Source of the DNA: Eledone cirrhosa
Taxonomy: Eukaryota
NCBI GenBank assembly: GCA_964016885.1
Contig: OZ024741.1
Location: 116,932,001 to 116,996,000, forward strand
Direction: 5' to 3'
DNA length: 64,000 nt
The translations under genes and the position numbers were made by a program. Below the pieces are notes generated by a model, which searched no databases, was not told where the DNA came from, and saw nothing but the letters and a program-made list of their open reading frames with translations. Positions 1-13,964 of the stretch are shown piece by piece. How positions within the stretch are numbered: the stretch's first letter is position 1; each line of letters begins with the position of its first letter.

Positions 1-129
1 TATGGGTCTGAGATCAGTGGGTGGCTCAGGGTGTTTGAGCCGCAGAGCAGCCAGGACCTCCTCGGTGGAGGACAGTGTCCTCTGAGGCAACAACTCTGAC
101 TGCGGCCGAGACAGTCTTTGCGTTTACCT
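1..129 (-). pseudogene. CRE-like retrotransposon fragment, region just N-terminal of RT, inverted relative to the adjacent fragment
   Basis: Minus strand reads VSAAVRVVASEDTVL, frameshift, STEEVLAALRLKHPEPPTDLRP. This resembles the pre-RT 'AVR..S.D.....E.L..L..KHP' motif of CRE-type elements. GC-rich like the adjacent element. Confidence 0.55.
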
Positions 130-531
130 GGTCACACCCGCCGGCCATCCGCCTCACCATCAGGTCCAGGCTTCAACAGCTCCAGACTCTCACGAGCCGA
201 CTGGGCTTGATTGACGGCCACCCAGCTCTCTTTCTGCTGAGGAACTGCTTCGCCATGCCGAACCTCCTCTATACACTCCGCAGCGCTCCATGCTACACCC
301 AGGCATCTCTCCTTCCTGACCTCGATACTTGTATCCGAGCAGCAGCCGAGGGGATATGCAACGTCAAGTTTGACGACATAGGGTGGCAACAGGCCACTTT
401 ACCGGTCAGGTATGGCGGCCTTGGCCTCCGGTCCTCGATCTCACTAGCTTTGCCGGCGTATCTTTCGTCGGTAACCTCGTGCCGCGTCCTCGTCAGCAGG
501 AGCAGGGTTCTTCAAAACACAACAGAACCCT
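130..531 (+). mobile_element. CRE-like non-LTR retrotransposon internal fragment (post-RT region)
   Basis: Near-identical to about 10213-10609 (HPPAIR...[12 protein letters not shown]...LPAYLSS). Truncated at a (TA)n tract. Confidence 0.85.
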
Positions 532-548
532 AGATATATACATATATA

Positions 549-625
<77 letters not shown>

Positions 626-680
626 GCATATATATATATAAATAAATATACACGGGTGTGTATGATTGTGTATAGAAGAT

Positions 681-942
681 TATATTAATAAAAGGAATTC
701 CAACTTTGTCTGATTTACTCGTTTTATTTACAATCCTTTAAAATGTATAATGGTATTAGAATGAAATAGTATGATAGAATATTAAATGTTAAGTGTTAAT
801 TGAACAAATTCGATTTTGTTCAATTAACACTTAACATTTAATATTCTACCATACTATTTCATTCTAATACCATTATACATTTTAAAGGATTGTAAATAAA
901 ACGAGTAAATCAGACAAAGTTGGAATTCCTTTTATTAATATA
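681..942. repeat. Near-perfect 262-bp palindrome between (TA)n tracts
   Basis: 681-811 is the reverse complement of 812-942 with very few mismatches. Centre AAATTCGATTTT. Confidence 0.95.
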
Positions 943-1152
943 TAAATGCATATATATATATATATATATATACATATATACATATATATATACATATAGA
1001 ATACGGCGGCGATTGAAAATTCTGAAAATAGAATTAGCTTTCACAGTCTATTGATGACAAAAAAATAGTCTAATAATAGGGTATATGAATCTCCCATAAC
1101 GGAAGATTATAATTCTATTTTCTCTCTCTCTCTCTCTCTATATATTTATATT

Positions 1153-1203
<51 letters not shown>

Positions 1204-1215
1204 TTCTAAAATAGA

Positions 1216-1268
<53 letters not shown>

Positions 1269-1397
1269 AATAATCTATTTTAGAAACGCACACGCACACA
1301 CACACACACACACACTCACACACACATATTTATATATGTATATATGTATATATATATATTGTCTAACCCATGTCCTCTGGGAAGTGGATGTAAAGCG

Positions 1398-1430
1398 ATG
1401 ATGATGATGATGATGACGATGATGATGGTA

Positions 1431-1470
<40 letters not shown>
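1398..1470. repeat. (GAT)n trinucleotide microsatellite
   Basis: Seen directly. Confidence 0.95.
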
Positions 1471-1471
<1 letters not shown>

Positions 1472-1749
1472 AAATATGGATGAGGATATAGAACATGGAT
1501 AAACAACGATACACATGTTTATAATGAGTGTTAAAATGTCTGAGCTATAGCAATAATATGAACCATAGCAAGCAGTACAAGTACCGTATTAAAAGATTAG
1601 CGAAAAACATCGCCTGAACAATACTATAAACAGAATGAACAACATTACTGGCAGCAGTCATGATAGAGTCAGCCATTGTTATAGGCTACCGGCTAATAAC
1701 GCAAGCCGAATGTGGCCATTAGTCTTCGCGAGCTATTTAATGATTATTT

Positions 1750-2065
1750 ATGGTATTGTAGTTGTTGTTGTTCTTGTAGTGGTGGTTATGGCTCTTGTGG
1801 TTGATGTGGTTGTTGTGCTTCTTGCTGTGGTTGTTTTGGCTGTTCTGTTTATTATTGTTGTTGATGTTGGCTTTGTTGTTCTAGTTGTTAGGCTTGTTGA
1901 TGTTATTGCCGTTGCTGTTAAAATGTTGTTATGGCTGTTATTGTTGTGGTTGTTGGGGTTATTATTGTTGTTGGTGTTATTACTGATGTTATTACTGATG
2001 TTATAGTTGTTGTTGCTGTTGTTCTGGTTAGTGTTGATGCTTGTTGTTGTTGTTGTTGTTGTTAT
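1750..2065. repeat. Degenerate (GTT)n low-complexity tract
   Basis: Seen directly; it is the source of the Val/Leu-rich pseudo-ORFs. Confidence 0.85.
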
Positions 2066-2552
2066 GGTGGTCAGGTTGGCAGTGTCGTTAGAGCGTTGGG
2101 TACTTGCTCAAGATCTCTGTGTTCTGAGCTCAAACCCACCCGAATTCCACGTTGCTTATCCTCTTGATAAAGAAAGTACCAAACTAGTGTTGGTGCAGTG
2201 CCACCTTCTCGTAAGATCACGAGTTCAATTCCCGTCGGCACATTCTATCATTGAGCTAAGCACTTTTTTTCACGTTGATCCAATCCATTCCAGTCAACAG
2301 CTGCTCCATTCTCACATTTTCTCTCCAGCTGTCACATATCCTGGATATTCCACAGGATCAAGGAGGGAGAGAGGACAAAAACGGTGCCTGCATCTGCTAG
2401 TGATTACATGAGCGTCTAAAATCCTTAGCGAACATATGGTAAATCTCACCAAGTCATACTCGATTACTACTGATGACCGTAATTCAACTTTTAGTTTTGT
2501 TGTTCCTATTGTTGTTGTTTAACACCAGCTCAGCTCTAGGCGTGCAGACATA

Positions 2553-2852
2553 AGTGTTCAATCAACGGAACAGTCTGTTCATGAAATTAACGTAAGTGGC
2601 TGAGCATTCCACAGAAAAATGTACCTATAATGTAATTCTCAGAAATATTCCGCATGATACAGTATGTGACAAGTCTGGCTTTTTGAATTACAGGTACAAT
2701 CCATCTAACGGTTTCCATCTACCCAATTTCACTCGCAAGGCATGGGTCGACCCAATATTATGGCAAATGATACTTGTCCAAAATTCCACACAGTGGTATC
2801 GAACCACTGATCGAATGATTGTGAAGCGAGCTTCTTAACTATTCGGCCATGC
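2553..2852 (-). mobile_element. tRNA-derived SINE, family 2
   Basis: Minus-strand head GCATGGCCGAATAGTTAAG...GGTTCGATACC (A/B-box-like) followed by TTGGACAAGT. Homologous copies at about 39050-39380 (-) and 52228-52580 (+); partial copies at 31645-31800 and 42870-42990. Confidence 0.65.
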
Positions 2853-4009
2853 TATATATAATAACGGAGTTAGACCTATAATCAAAATGTATTTCATTCA
2901 TAACAATTCAATATTTTTGAACGATATGTTGCTGTTTGCGGGAGATTTTTTGTTTATCTCATATAGCAACGCATAGTGGGCATGTTTATGGGTCCATTGT
3001 AAGTGCAAGTTGTTGCTTCACGCCACGTTAACTCTGATTGAGCAGACCTATGTTCCATGGTGTTTCAGTCATGGCAGTATTTTCATTTTGTATATTCAGG
3101 AATACAATAAATATTGTTTCATTTCTGAAACAGTGGGTGTGATCTAAAGGAATTTAACTGCTATTTCCACTATGTCAAGCAACCACATTGAGAATATCGG
3201 TTTGGCTTGTCTAGCCGTAAAGTGTTATCGTTGTTTAATTTATGGTCCACATTGAGGATCCCGTTTAGTTCTTCTAATTGTAAGGTGTTGTCATTGTGTA
3301 GTTTAGCACCAGGCCAGATTTGATCCAGTAGGCCTATGATGATAATATTCCTTCCAACAAGGATCACCTCATCTTTTCTCCTTGTTTCAAAAATAGTATA
3401 GTGTGAGTGATATTTCCTTGCTCACTTTAGCAGATCAAGCAATCACATTAAACATGCCACGTTGGCGCGAACGTAGCTGTAAACAGCTACTGTTATTCGG
3501 TAATATAATTCACAGCAGTAAACAACTTTTATACTGGAAAACTGCCGACTGTTTCGTCGAATTGTAGGGCTTCCAACGAGAAACGTTGATGTTCGATTCA
3601 GTCAGTGATAATTGACAGAACCGTTAACGCCTCGTGCGAAATTTATCCGGCACCTTGGCTTTTAAGTTGAAATCCCGCTCAGGTCAGCTTTGTCTTTCGT
3701 TTTTACAGGGTCGATAAGTAAAGTACCGGTCAAAGGCAGTTGAATGACAGCATCACTAGGGAGTCAGAAGGATTGCTTTACGCTTTTTGCTCCATCTTTT
3801 GGTTTTCTGAGTTCAAATCCTACCCAAGACTACTTAGGTGGTAGACAAATCCACCTAGTCCTTGAGTACCTTTAGCGGAGTTCAGTCTACCGCAATCATT
3901 CAGATTTTCGCCCTGCCTCTCCTTCCCAATATGGGCGCTGCTCTTCATCAAGACTATGTGATAGGAAAAATAACAAAACCAAACCATAAACCAGAAAGAA
4001 GTTCTGGCA

Positions 4010-4500
4010 CTCTGGCACACCGAGGTCCTAAACAGAAATAAAAGTCTGCTATAACGCCAAGTTCTTCAACCTGTCGGGGCACACAGGGTTCTCTAAAAAG
4101 AGAGAAAATCCCACTATAACCCAAACATTTGTAACAAGCTTTGGCAAGCAGGAATATTGAAATAGAAAGGAAGTCCACGAAGACTAAATGATAGAAAAAA
4201 ACAACAAAAAACAAAAACAGCAGCCGGACAGAATCTCCGGCCTTGTGGCTTGCAGAGGTCCTTAAATAAAGAGAAAACCCCTATGATACAACTTCAACAA
4301 GCCGTGACACATAGAGCTCTATACATAAAGAAACCCCGATACAAATCCGACAGCTTTTAAAATCAACTATGACAACTAGAGGCTTCTAAATAGATAGAAA
4401 AGCCTGCAGTAACTCTAACAGCTTCTCTAACCAGCTGCCGCACATAGAGGTCCCTAAATAGACAGGAAAGCCAGCTATAACTTCAGTTTTTCTAACCAGC
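4010..4500. repeat. Degenerate tandem array, about 55-70-bp unit
   Basis: Recurring GCACA.AGAGGTCC.TAAATA.A.AGAAAA.CC...TATAAC...CTTC.AAC motif. Confidence 0.55.
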
Positions 4501-5734
4501 AAAGCGGCCTATAACAGATTAGTGTTCGATTCAGTCAGTGATTTGATTCTTTTCTTTGTTAAGAATATAGAAACCTGAGACAAGGTCCAGCCCTATCGTT
4601 GTTATCTAGATGGCTTCCTATAATATTGCATCTCATAGGAAGTTGTTTCTTAGGTGTTTTAATGACAAGAGCTCCAGCCATATCACGTTACTATGAGGCG
4701 GGATTTGAACTTAGAAACCACAGAGCTGGGAAAATACCTCAGTACACCAAATCCGACGCTTTAACAATTCTACCAATTAACTTCACTGGACAGTTATATT
4801 ATTTACCAAATTTTAAAGGATAAAATGCAAGCATTGGCAGATTGTGAGGTGGGGGATGATTTGGCTGTAACCAAGGACCCACAATATTCAGAGGGTACCA
4901 AATTATTATTTTTTTGCAACTGTAAATAAAATATTATACCTAGATGAAATATTCATTTAGGGTCCCATGGAAATTCCATCAACCTCTGACTGCAATATAC
5001 TTAATTGGCAGTCTTAATGACTCTAAATAACCAGAAAAGCACAACATTAGTGCAGCCCCTCTAACAAGGAAAGTTAGCAATCCTAGACCTGTGTTCGATT
5101 AGTCAGTCAGAGATATGGATGTCGTGTTCGTTAAGATAAGTGAAATCTGAGACTAGCTCCCGCTGTGTGGCACGCAGGGTCCCTAAATAGTCAGAAAATC
5201 ACGATAAACGACCAGGTATCACTCGCCTACGAGATGGTGATTACTTTGGAATATGAGAGGATTAAAATTCTTTGTGGTGATAGGGGTCGCTTAGGGTGGA
5301 AGTGGGTTCCTCGGGTTGGAAAGGGGGTGCTGGGATAATGGATGTTACAGAGTTGCTGTACTCTTAAGACAACTGCGGAAATAGATCCGAGCTCGAATGA
5401 TATAGATATCATGACAGTTGAGGATTTACTCTTTGTTATTCGAGTGTTGTTACATTATCTTACCTAGAAGCTACACATATATACAAGTATACGCATACAT
5501 ACCAAGGCGTGCACGCGCGCACACACACACAAACACACATACACACACACGCACACATATATATGGTTCTAACTAAATAAACATATATACAAGTATACAT
5601 ATAGATATACATATGCACAAGCTTGCAGACGCATACAAACACACATACACGCAAGCATAGAAGCTTCAAGCCTATACGCAAATATATATATACATTATAT
5701 ATATTTAATTGTATAATAAACAACACAATATAAT

Positions 5735-5808
5735 TATTCCATTACCTAAGGTTTCATGAAAGTAGACGATTCTAATAGAAACATCCAGTTCGTTCATCAG
5801 ATGAAATA
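5735..5808 (-). ncRNA. Type I hammerhead ribozyme motif (imperfect stem II)
   Basis: Minus strand: TATTTCAT-CTGATGA-[stem II]-GAAA-CCTTAGG-TA-ATGGAATA. 8-bp stem I; stem III ACC/GGT. Confidence 0.6.
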
Positions 5809-5812
5809 TTTA

Positions 5813-5858
<46 letters not shown>

Positions 5859-6056
5859 TGTGTTTATGAATACATATGGTTGTAAGAAAATATGAAAAAT
5901 ATGCATATGCATACATATATGCACACACACACACACACACACATATATATAGGTGTGTGTGGGAGTATATGTATATATAGGTGTATGTGTGAGTATATAT
6001 ATATATATAGTGAGAGAGAGAGAGGGAAAGAGAGAGCGCGAGAAAGAGAGACTGGG

Positions 6057-6090
<34 letters not shown>

Positions 6091-6477
6091 CGATATTTGT
6101 TTGTAGCTATCTAGAATGTTTATGTTTATCGACACCGAAAGGAGGAAAGTGAAGTAGATGATGTTTCGCCGAAACGCTAGTTGTCCTACCAAAAACATTG
6201 AGGTAAATATTTCATATTTTCTTTATGTGGTATATTTGAGCTTCATTTTATAAGAAAACTTACAAATTCCAGATACTTGATCAGTGAAGCGTAATGAATG
6301 TATTTTGGTCATATCATGAGACGTGTGTTAAATATGTTACGATATGAGAGCTAATATTACAGTCAATTACGAAGATAGATGTCATGCCAGAAAAGGCTGA
6401 AATCCTCCTCAAATGGCCACTAATATATACACACGCACTAATATACACACGCACATACACACACATACACACACACA

Positions 6478-6532
<55 letters not shown>

Positions 6533-6719
6533 GTGTGTGTGTGTATCCCGGGTTCAATCGGGAGTAACTACAGTAAGTAAGGTACTCACTACATAGCTGA
6601 GTATATATAAATGTTTAACATAGAAATGGGTTCTACAGGACTACAGAACTTTTCTTGATAATTTCCTTCCAATGAAACAGTTCTAGTCCTGTAGAAGCCA
6701 TTTCTATATACATACATAC

Positions 6720-7174
<455 letters not shown>

Positions 7175-7319
7175 TATATATATATGTAGAGGTTATATTT
7201 AATTTGTTAGGATACAACAAGCAAAATATTTTTATAACTGATATAAAGCACTTAACAAATTATTGGAGTAAATATACAATATATTAACAAATGGAAACTA
7301 TATTTATAAAACCATATTT

Positions 7320-7383
7320 ATTTCGTTATACATATTTCAAGGGCCACCAAGGCAAACTATGGTGCACTTTCATCAGATAAAAT
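7320..7383 (-). ncRNA. Minimal type I hammerhead ribozyme (family A)
   Basis: Minus strand: ATTTTAT-CTGATGA-AAGTGCACCA...TGGTGGCCCTT-GAAA-TATGTA-TA-ACGAAAT. Confidence 0.75.
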
Positions 7384-7403
7384 ATAAAACTAACCTATAT
7401 TAT

Positions 7404-7467
7404 ATTTTATCTGATGAAAGCGCACCATAGTTTGCCTTGGTGGCCCTTGAAATATGTATAATGAAAT
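7404..7467 (+). ncRNA. Minimal type I hammerhead ribozyme (family A)
   Basis: ATTTTAT-CTGATGA-AAGCGCACCA...TGGTGGCCCTT-GAAA-TATGTA-TA-ATGAAAT. 7-bp stem I; quasi-palindromic stem III. Confidence 0.8.
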
Positions 7468-7530
7468 AAATATGGTTTTATAAATATAGTTTCCATTTGT
7501 TAATATATTGTATATATATATATAATATAT

Positions 7531-7843
7531 AAGATCGAAAGATGGTTAAATGAGTTCCATGTATTTTATTATGCGCATTTCAAAAACAAATATCATCATG
7601 CAATAACATTTGTGTTTTCATCAGATAAAATAGGAAGACATGATATGAAGGTTAAACACTTGTGGATAGTGCAGTTTTAAATCAACATAATCGCATTTTT
7701 GAAATGCGCATAATAAAATACATGGAACTCATTTAACCATCTTTTGATCTTATATATTATGTATACTCCAGTCCTACAAACTGTAGAGTGCTTCTTATCC
7801 GATATCTGCATTGCTTTATTGTACTACAATAAAACTCACCTCC

Positions 7844-7846
<3 letters not shown>
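7531..7846. mobile_element. Hammerhead-bearing fold-back element, family B
   Basis: Inverted arms at about 7531-7586 and 7697-7751, plus a 95-nt extension. Highly similar to 48106-49105. Confidence 0.75.
7563..7631 (-). ncRNA. Minimal type I hammerhead ribozyme (family B)
   Basis: Minus strand: ATTTTAT-CTGATGA-AAACACAAATGTTAT...ATGATATTTGTTTTT-GAAA-TGCGCA-TA-ATAAAAT. Perfect stem I; palindromic stem III ATGCGCAT. Confidence 0.85.
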
Positions 7847-7911
<65 letters not shown>

Positions 7912-8372
7912 GATAAATCTACCAAGAGTTTACGGTAGTGTCCAATCCGTATGAAGAACTCAATGTAATCCGGATATCATGGAAAGAAGAGATGCAATGA
8001 AAAATCACTTTCGGTGAAAGATAAACGGAAAACAGAGTCAAGATAAAATATTAAAAAATATTTTTTTTTAATATTTTATATATATATATATATATATTTG
8101 GTGGAAGTATTTAGGTCATATTTTTGCATGGTGATTTATGCTGATGAGTGTCTACCAAAGGAGCCAAGTAATAGTAATAATAAATACAAAGATCAAAATC
8201 CAGAGTGGGCTCGATAAGATTTAATAATAATATTATAATAATTATAATATATAATTTTATGCCCTTGCAGCGATATTTCCACAAAAAATATCGCTGTCAG
8301 TACAAGTATAGAATCATATATGCAACGCTTCTCGAGCCCTCTCTGGAGTTTGGTCTTTGAATTTATATTTAC

Positions 8373-8410
<38 letters not shown>

Positions 8411-8458
8411 GTGTGTGTGTATATATATATATATATAAATGCATATATATATTTACAC

Positions 8459-9203
<745 letters not shown>

Positions 9204-9257
9204 CATACATACATACACACATAAATTCATACATACTTACATACATATTAAAAGAAT

Positions 9258-9294
<37 letters not shown>

Positions 9295-9592
9295 GCATAC
9301 ACATATACACACAGACATGTGTGTGTGTGTGTGTGTGTGTATAGAGAAAGAAAGAGAGAGAGAGCGAGAGAGGGAGAGGGAGTGAGGGAGTGAGTGAGAG
9401 AGAAAGGTGGGGGATTTCATATTATAGAAATAACATCTGAGCGAAATCATAGACCTCTCAGAACAGAACAGCAGTAGAACAAGGAACCTACCTTTAAACC
9501 AACAAACAATATTTTTCCGACCCAGAAATTACTAACATGAAGAATACACCAACAAATAGATGAATGCAGAATTCAAACAGAAACACAACTAT

Positions 9593-11387
9593 GTGGGCAA
9601 TGTCTTCCGGAGGCTGGCTGCCAAGGTGATCTGCAAGTCCGTCACACACGAACTGGGTGAGGAGTTTAGTCCGGTGCAACTGGGTGTCGGCGTGTCCGGT
9701 GGCTGTGAGGGAGCCGCTCATGCAATCAGGCAGTTCTTCAGCAGCTGCCCATCGGTACCGGCATCCAGGGACTCCAGGTACCTCATTATCAAGCTTGACA
9801 TGAGGAATGCCTTTAACTCTTTACGCCGGGATCACCTGCTCGAGGCCTGCCTCAGCCGAGCCCCCTCTGCCTACCCGCTGGCCAACCTGTCATATGGCGC
9901 CCCGAGCATGCTCCTAGCTGCTGATACGGTCATACCCTCGGCTACTGGGGTCCAACAGGGCGACCCTTTGGGACCCCTCCTGTTCGCCCTTGGTATTGAC
10001 CACATCGCCCTGAGTATCACGGCCCTTCTCAACGTTTGGTATCTGGACGATGCTACGTGGGCGGGAGTCGGCCTCCAGGTCAACTCGGCCAAGTTGGAGA
10101 TGGTGAACGTCAGCCTCGATGATGTGAGCTTTGGAGCCTCCGTCTTGGACGTGCAGTCCATTCTCCGCCAGGTTCAGGTGACCCCCAAAGAGGATGTCCT
10201 CATCCTCGGGTCACCGATCCACCCGCCGGCCATCCGCTCCACCATCAGGTCCAGGCTTCAACAGCTCCAGACTCTCACGAGCCGACTGGGCTTGATTGAC
10301 AGCCACATAGCTCTCTTTCTGCTGAGGAACTGCTTTGGCATGCTGAAGCTCCTCTATACACTCCGCAGCGTTCCATGCTACACCCAGACATCTCTCCTCG
10401 CTGACCTCGATACTTGTATCCGAGAAGCAGCCGAGGGGATATGCAACGTCAAGTTTGATGACATAGGGTGGCAACAGGCCACTTTTCTGGTCAGGTATGG
10501 CGGCCTAGGCCTCCGGTCCCCGATCTCACTAGCTTTGCCGGCGTATCTTTCGTCGGTAACCTCGTGCCGCGTCCTCGTCAGCAGGGTTCTTCAAAACACA
10601 ACAGAACCCTCTGTGTTCAGAGAACGTGAGGCCGCCTGTGAGACGTGGGACCGGCTGGGACTTAGCCCAGTAGACGTCCCTCCTCCTTCTCCCCCTGTTG
10701 ACGTCAAGTCCCCTCAACGCACTTGGGATGCCATCCAGTGCAGCCTGGCCTCAGACAGGCTCACGCGCCAGCTCGACCAGCACCGCCTTGCTTGTTTTCG
10801 TGCGGCCTCGAAACCCCACAGTGGTACCTGGCTCCATGCCCTGCCCTCCTTCTCCACTGGCACGCAGCTAGACAACCATAGCCTGCGAATCGGCGTTTCC
10901 CTGAGGCTCGGCCTCCGGATCTGCCAGCCACACCAACGTCGCTGCGGTTCCACCGTGGACTCTTTCGGCCTCCACCCGCTTTCCTGTCGCCACAGTGTCG
11001 GCCGCATTCCACGCCATGCTGCCCTCAACGAGGTCATTAAGCATGGATTGGACGCTGCATGCTTCCCTTCCCAGCTCGAGCCGGTGGGGCTGGATCGAGG
11101 GGACGGCAAAAGGCCAGATGGCATGACCATCTTCCCGTTCCGCGGTGGCAAACCCCTCGTCTGGGATGCCACTTGCACCGACACTTTCTGCAGCCGCAAC
11201 CTGGTGCAGTCTGCGACTGACCCAGGTTCTGCTGCACATCGGGCTGAGGGGGCCAAACTCCTCAAATACCGGTCGCTCTCCGATACGTTTGCGGTCGTTC
11301 TCCTGGCAGTGGAGCCTTCTGGTGCCCTCGGCCCCAGGGCTACCTCCTTACTCACCACCATAGGCTCTGAGCTGGCCAGCTGCAGGT
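9593..11387 (+). mobile_element. CRE-clade non-LTR retrotransposon, 5'- and 3'-truncated (RT, Cys/His finger, restriction-like endonuclease)
   Basis: Open frame with [65 protein letters not shown]...D..GLH.LSC, RHAALN and RPDGMTIFPF..GKPLVWDATC.DTF. The ends of ORF 9560-11509 run into unrelated DNA and a SINE. Confidence 0.9.
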
Positions 11388-11414
11388 GTTCAGATTTAGT
11401 TTTGGTTAAATATA

Positions 11415-11625
11415 ATGATTTCTACTATAAACACAAGGCCAGCAATTTTGTGGGGAGGGGAAGTCGATTAAATCGACGCCAGTGCGTTACTGGTACTTTA
11501 TTTTATTGACCCCGTAAGGATGAAAGGCAAAGTTAACCTCGGCGGGATTTGAAATTAGGACGTAAAGAGCCGTCACTCTGTGCCGTGAAGCATGTTGTCC
11601 GACGCTCTACCTATACTACCAGACC
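11415..11625 (-). mobile_element. tRNA-derived SINE, family 1 (Meta-domain-like core)
   Basis: Reverse complement of ...AAATCCCGCCGAGGTTAACTTTGCCTTTCATCCTTACGGGGTCAATAAAATAAAGTACCAG.... More than 20 related copies occur in the window. Confidence 0.8.
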
Positions 11626-11885
11626 TCTGCCGGATTCCGACTATGAGTGGTCCATAAAGGGAACGGCCAACTCGTGAAATTAGTATAATGTTAAGAGGTT
11701 ATTTGTGATGTAATGACTGGGCTTAATTAACAAGGAGTTTCCCAAATCATAATTTAAATACTAATATGGCAGGCAAGAAAAAATAATGAATCCCGTGCTT
11801 CGGTTTCGGTTTGGCTTGCAAGTCGTGGTAAAAGGCTGTAGAATCTCTATAACTGCTCATGTCCACCATAGGCATTGCCTTAGAA

Positions 11886-12049
11886 CAGTCAAGGGCAAAC
11901 TGCGGCCCACGAGCCACATGTGGTCCGTATGGTTTTCTGAATGGCCATCTAAATTCAAAATTGCCCTGAATTTTTTTATTAGTGCCGCCCACCTTATGCT
12001 GTACCACATCATATGCGGCCCACTACTCGTAAAAGGTTGCCCATGCCTG
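11886..12049. mobile_element. hAT (Charlie-like) MITE
   Basis: CAG...GGGCAAAC / GTTGCCCATGCCTG termini; 8-bp TSD CCTTAGAA/CCATAGAA. Related copies at about 16147-16292 and 46052-46135. Confidence 0.75.
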
Positions 12050-12458
12050 CCATAGAACCACACTAAGAATATCTTGCATTAAACACATCATGTATGAGTG
12101 GAGGCCAGAAGGTGTGTCATAGGCAGTGAAACCTATCAGGGTCTAGCTGAGGTTTGTGGAGTAGGACCTACTAAATATGGGCCGGGTATAGAAGTAAGCT
12201 CATCTCAGCATAGGGATCTCACGTAGCCCAGTGTTGCACAATGAAGATGAGAAAGTAACAAACTTCCTGTATTTAGTTGAGGCAAATATATATATATATA
12301 TATACATTTATATATATATATATATACATTTATTTATTTATATACTTGTGTATATATATATATATATATATTTGTTTTGGTTAGATAAGAATAAGCACAT
12401 TCCTTGTAGATGTAAAATGGAAGGCTACTATTCAAATACAATATTAGAATACATAGTA

Positions 12459-12498
<40 letters not shown>

Positions 12499-13028
12499 AG
12501 AGAAAGAAACAGGTAAAATAAGGTAAGACAATAATTGTTTCTACTTTAGGCACAAGGCCAGCAATTATCCAGTACATTACTGGTACTTTATTTTATCGAC
12601 CCCGTAATGATGAAAGGCAAAGGTAAAGACAATAATGACATTTCGTATTACTGTCTTTTCTTAAGCTATATATGTGTGTGTATGTGTGTGTGGGTGGGGG
12701 TGGGTGGGTGGGGGGGGGGGGGTGTATGTGTGAGTGTGTATGCGCGCGTGTGCGTGTGTGTGTTGTGTGTGCATATATATATATACATATTTGTTTTGGT
12801 TAGATCACTAGCTATATATCTTGCAAAAATAAAATAGAAGGTTTCTATTCATATTCAATATAAAAACACATATACACACACACACACAGACACACTGACA
12901 CAAACACATACACACACACACACACACACAGACATACTGACACACTGACACACACACATACACACTGACACACTGACACACTGACACACACACACACACA
13001 CATACACACACTCACACACTGACATAGT

Positions 13029-13073
<45 letters not shown>

Positions 13074-13651
13074 ATACATACACTCACATGTTGATGAAAT
13101 TGTAAGATTGAAACCTGTCCTGGGTTGTAATCCTATTCTCCACCCCCTCCTTATCACATGGCTATTTCCAGTTTTAATCCATTGTGATTGCCGTGTAGTA
13201 AATCCATATTTTTTTTATTAGAGATTTGGAGTTATTTCCCTTGCCTCTCTTGAGTATATTTAGGCTTTGATCCAATATCTCATTATCATCATCATGATCA
13301 TGAATATATATACATATATGTACACACCTGTATACATATATGTATACGCACACACACATATACACATACATAAATATAATTAAGCATAGTTTTCCAAACA
13401 GGAACGAAAAAACACACAAGTAAAACCGAGTTAAATAAGATTTTTAATATATTCATTTCATATAGAAATGATTTCTATAGGACCAACACTATTTCATTCG
13501 TTTGGTATTATCAATGATTTAAAATGAATGAAACAGATCTAGGCAAGTAGGAGACAACTCAATAATTGATATATATATATATATATATATAAATTCAGCG
13601 AGAATCACATTTCGGCGGGTAGAAAAAGCGAAACGTAACTAAAATTCCGAG

Positions 13652-13743
<92 letters not shown>

Positions 13744-13822
13744 ATAATATTGCCCGAAATAATAATATATATATATAACAATATTTGTTTCAACACAGGA
13801 TTTCATATTAAAAGCCTTGCAA

Positions 13823-13854
<32 letters not shown>

Positions 13855-13857
13855 CAC

Positions 13858-13960
<103 letters not shown>

Positions 13961-13964
13961 AATA

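Larger units (their letters stand above)
7188..7512. mobile_element. Hammerhead-bearing fold-back element, family A (Penelope pLTR/retrozyme-like)
   Basis: Inverted arms at about 7277-7387 and 7400-7512, each carrying a hammerhead. One arm is extended by about 90 nt. Homologous to units at 55892-56975. Confidence 0.75.

Noticed and set aside
2470-2476. CTGATGA as a hammerhead core
   Set aside because: No stem II-GAAA-NUH downstream.
8141-8185. CTGATGA with possible stem I
   Set aside because: No GAAA or stem II; at most a decayed relic.
9560-11509. 649-aa ORF as an intact gene
   Set aside because: The start and last about 40 residues come from unrelated flank and a SINE. The RT N-terminus and endonuclease end are missing, so it is a truncated retrotransposon.
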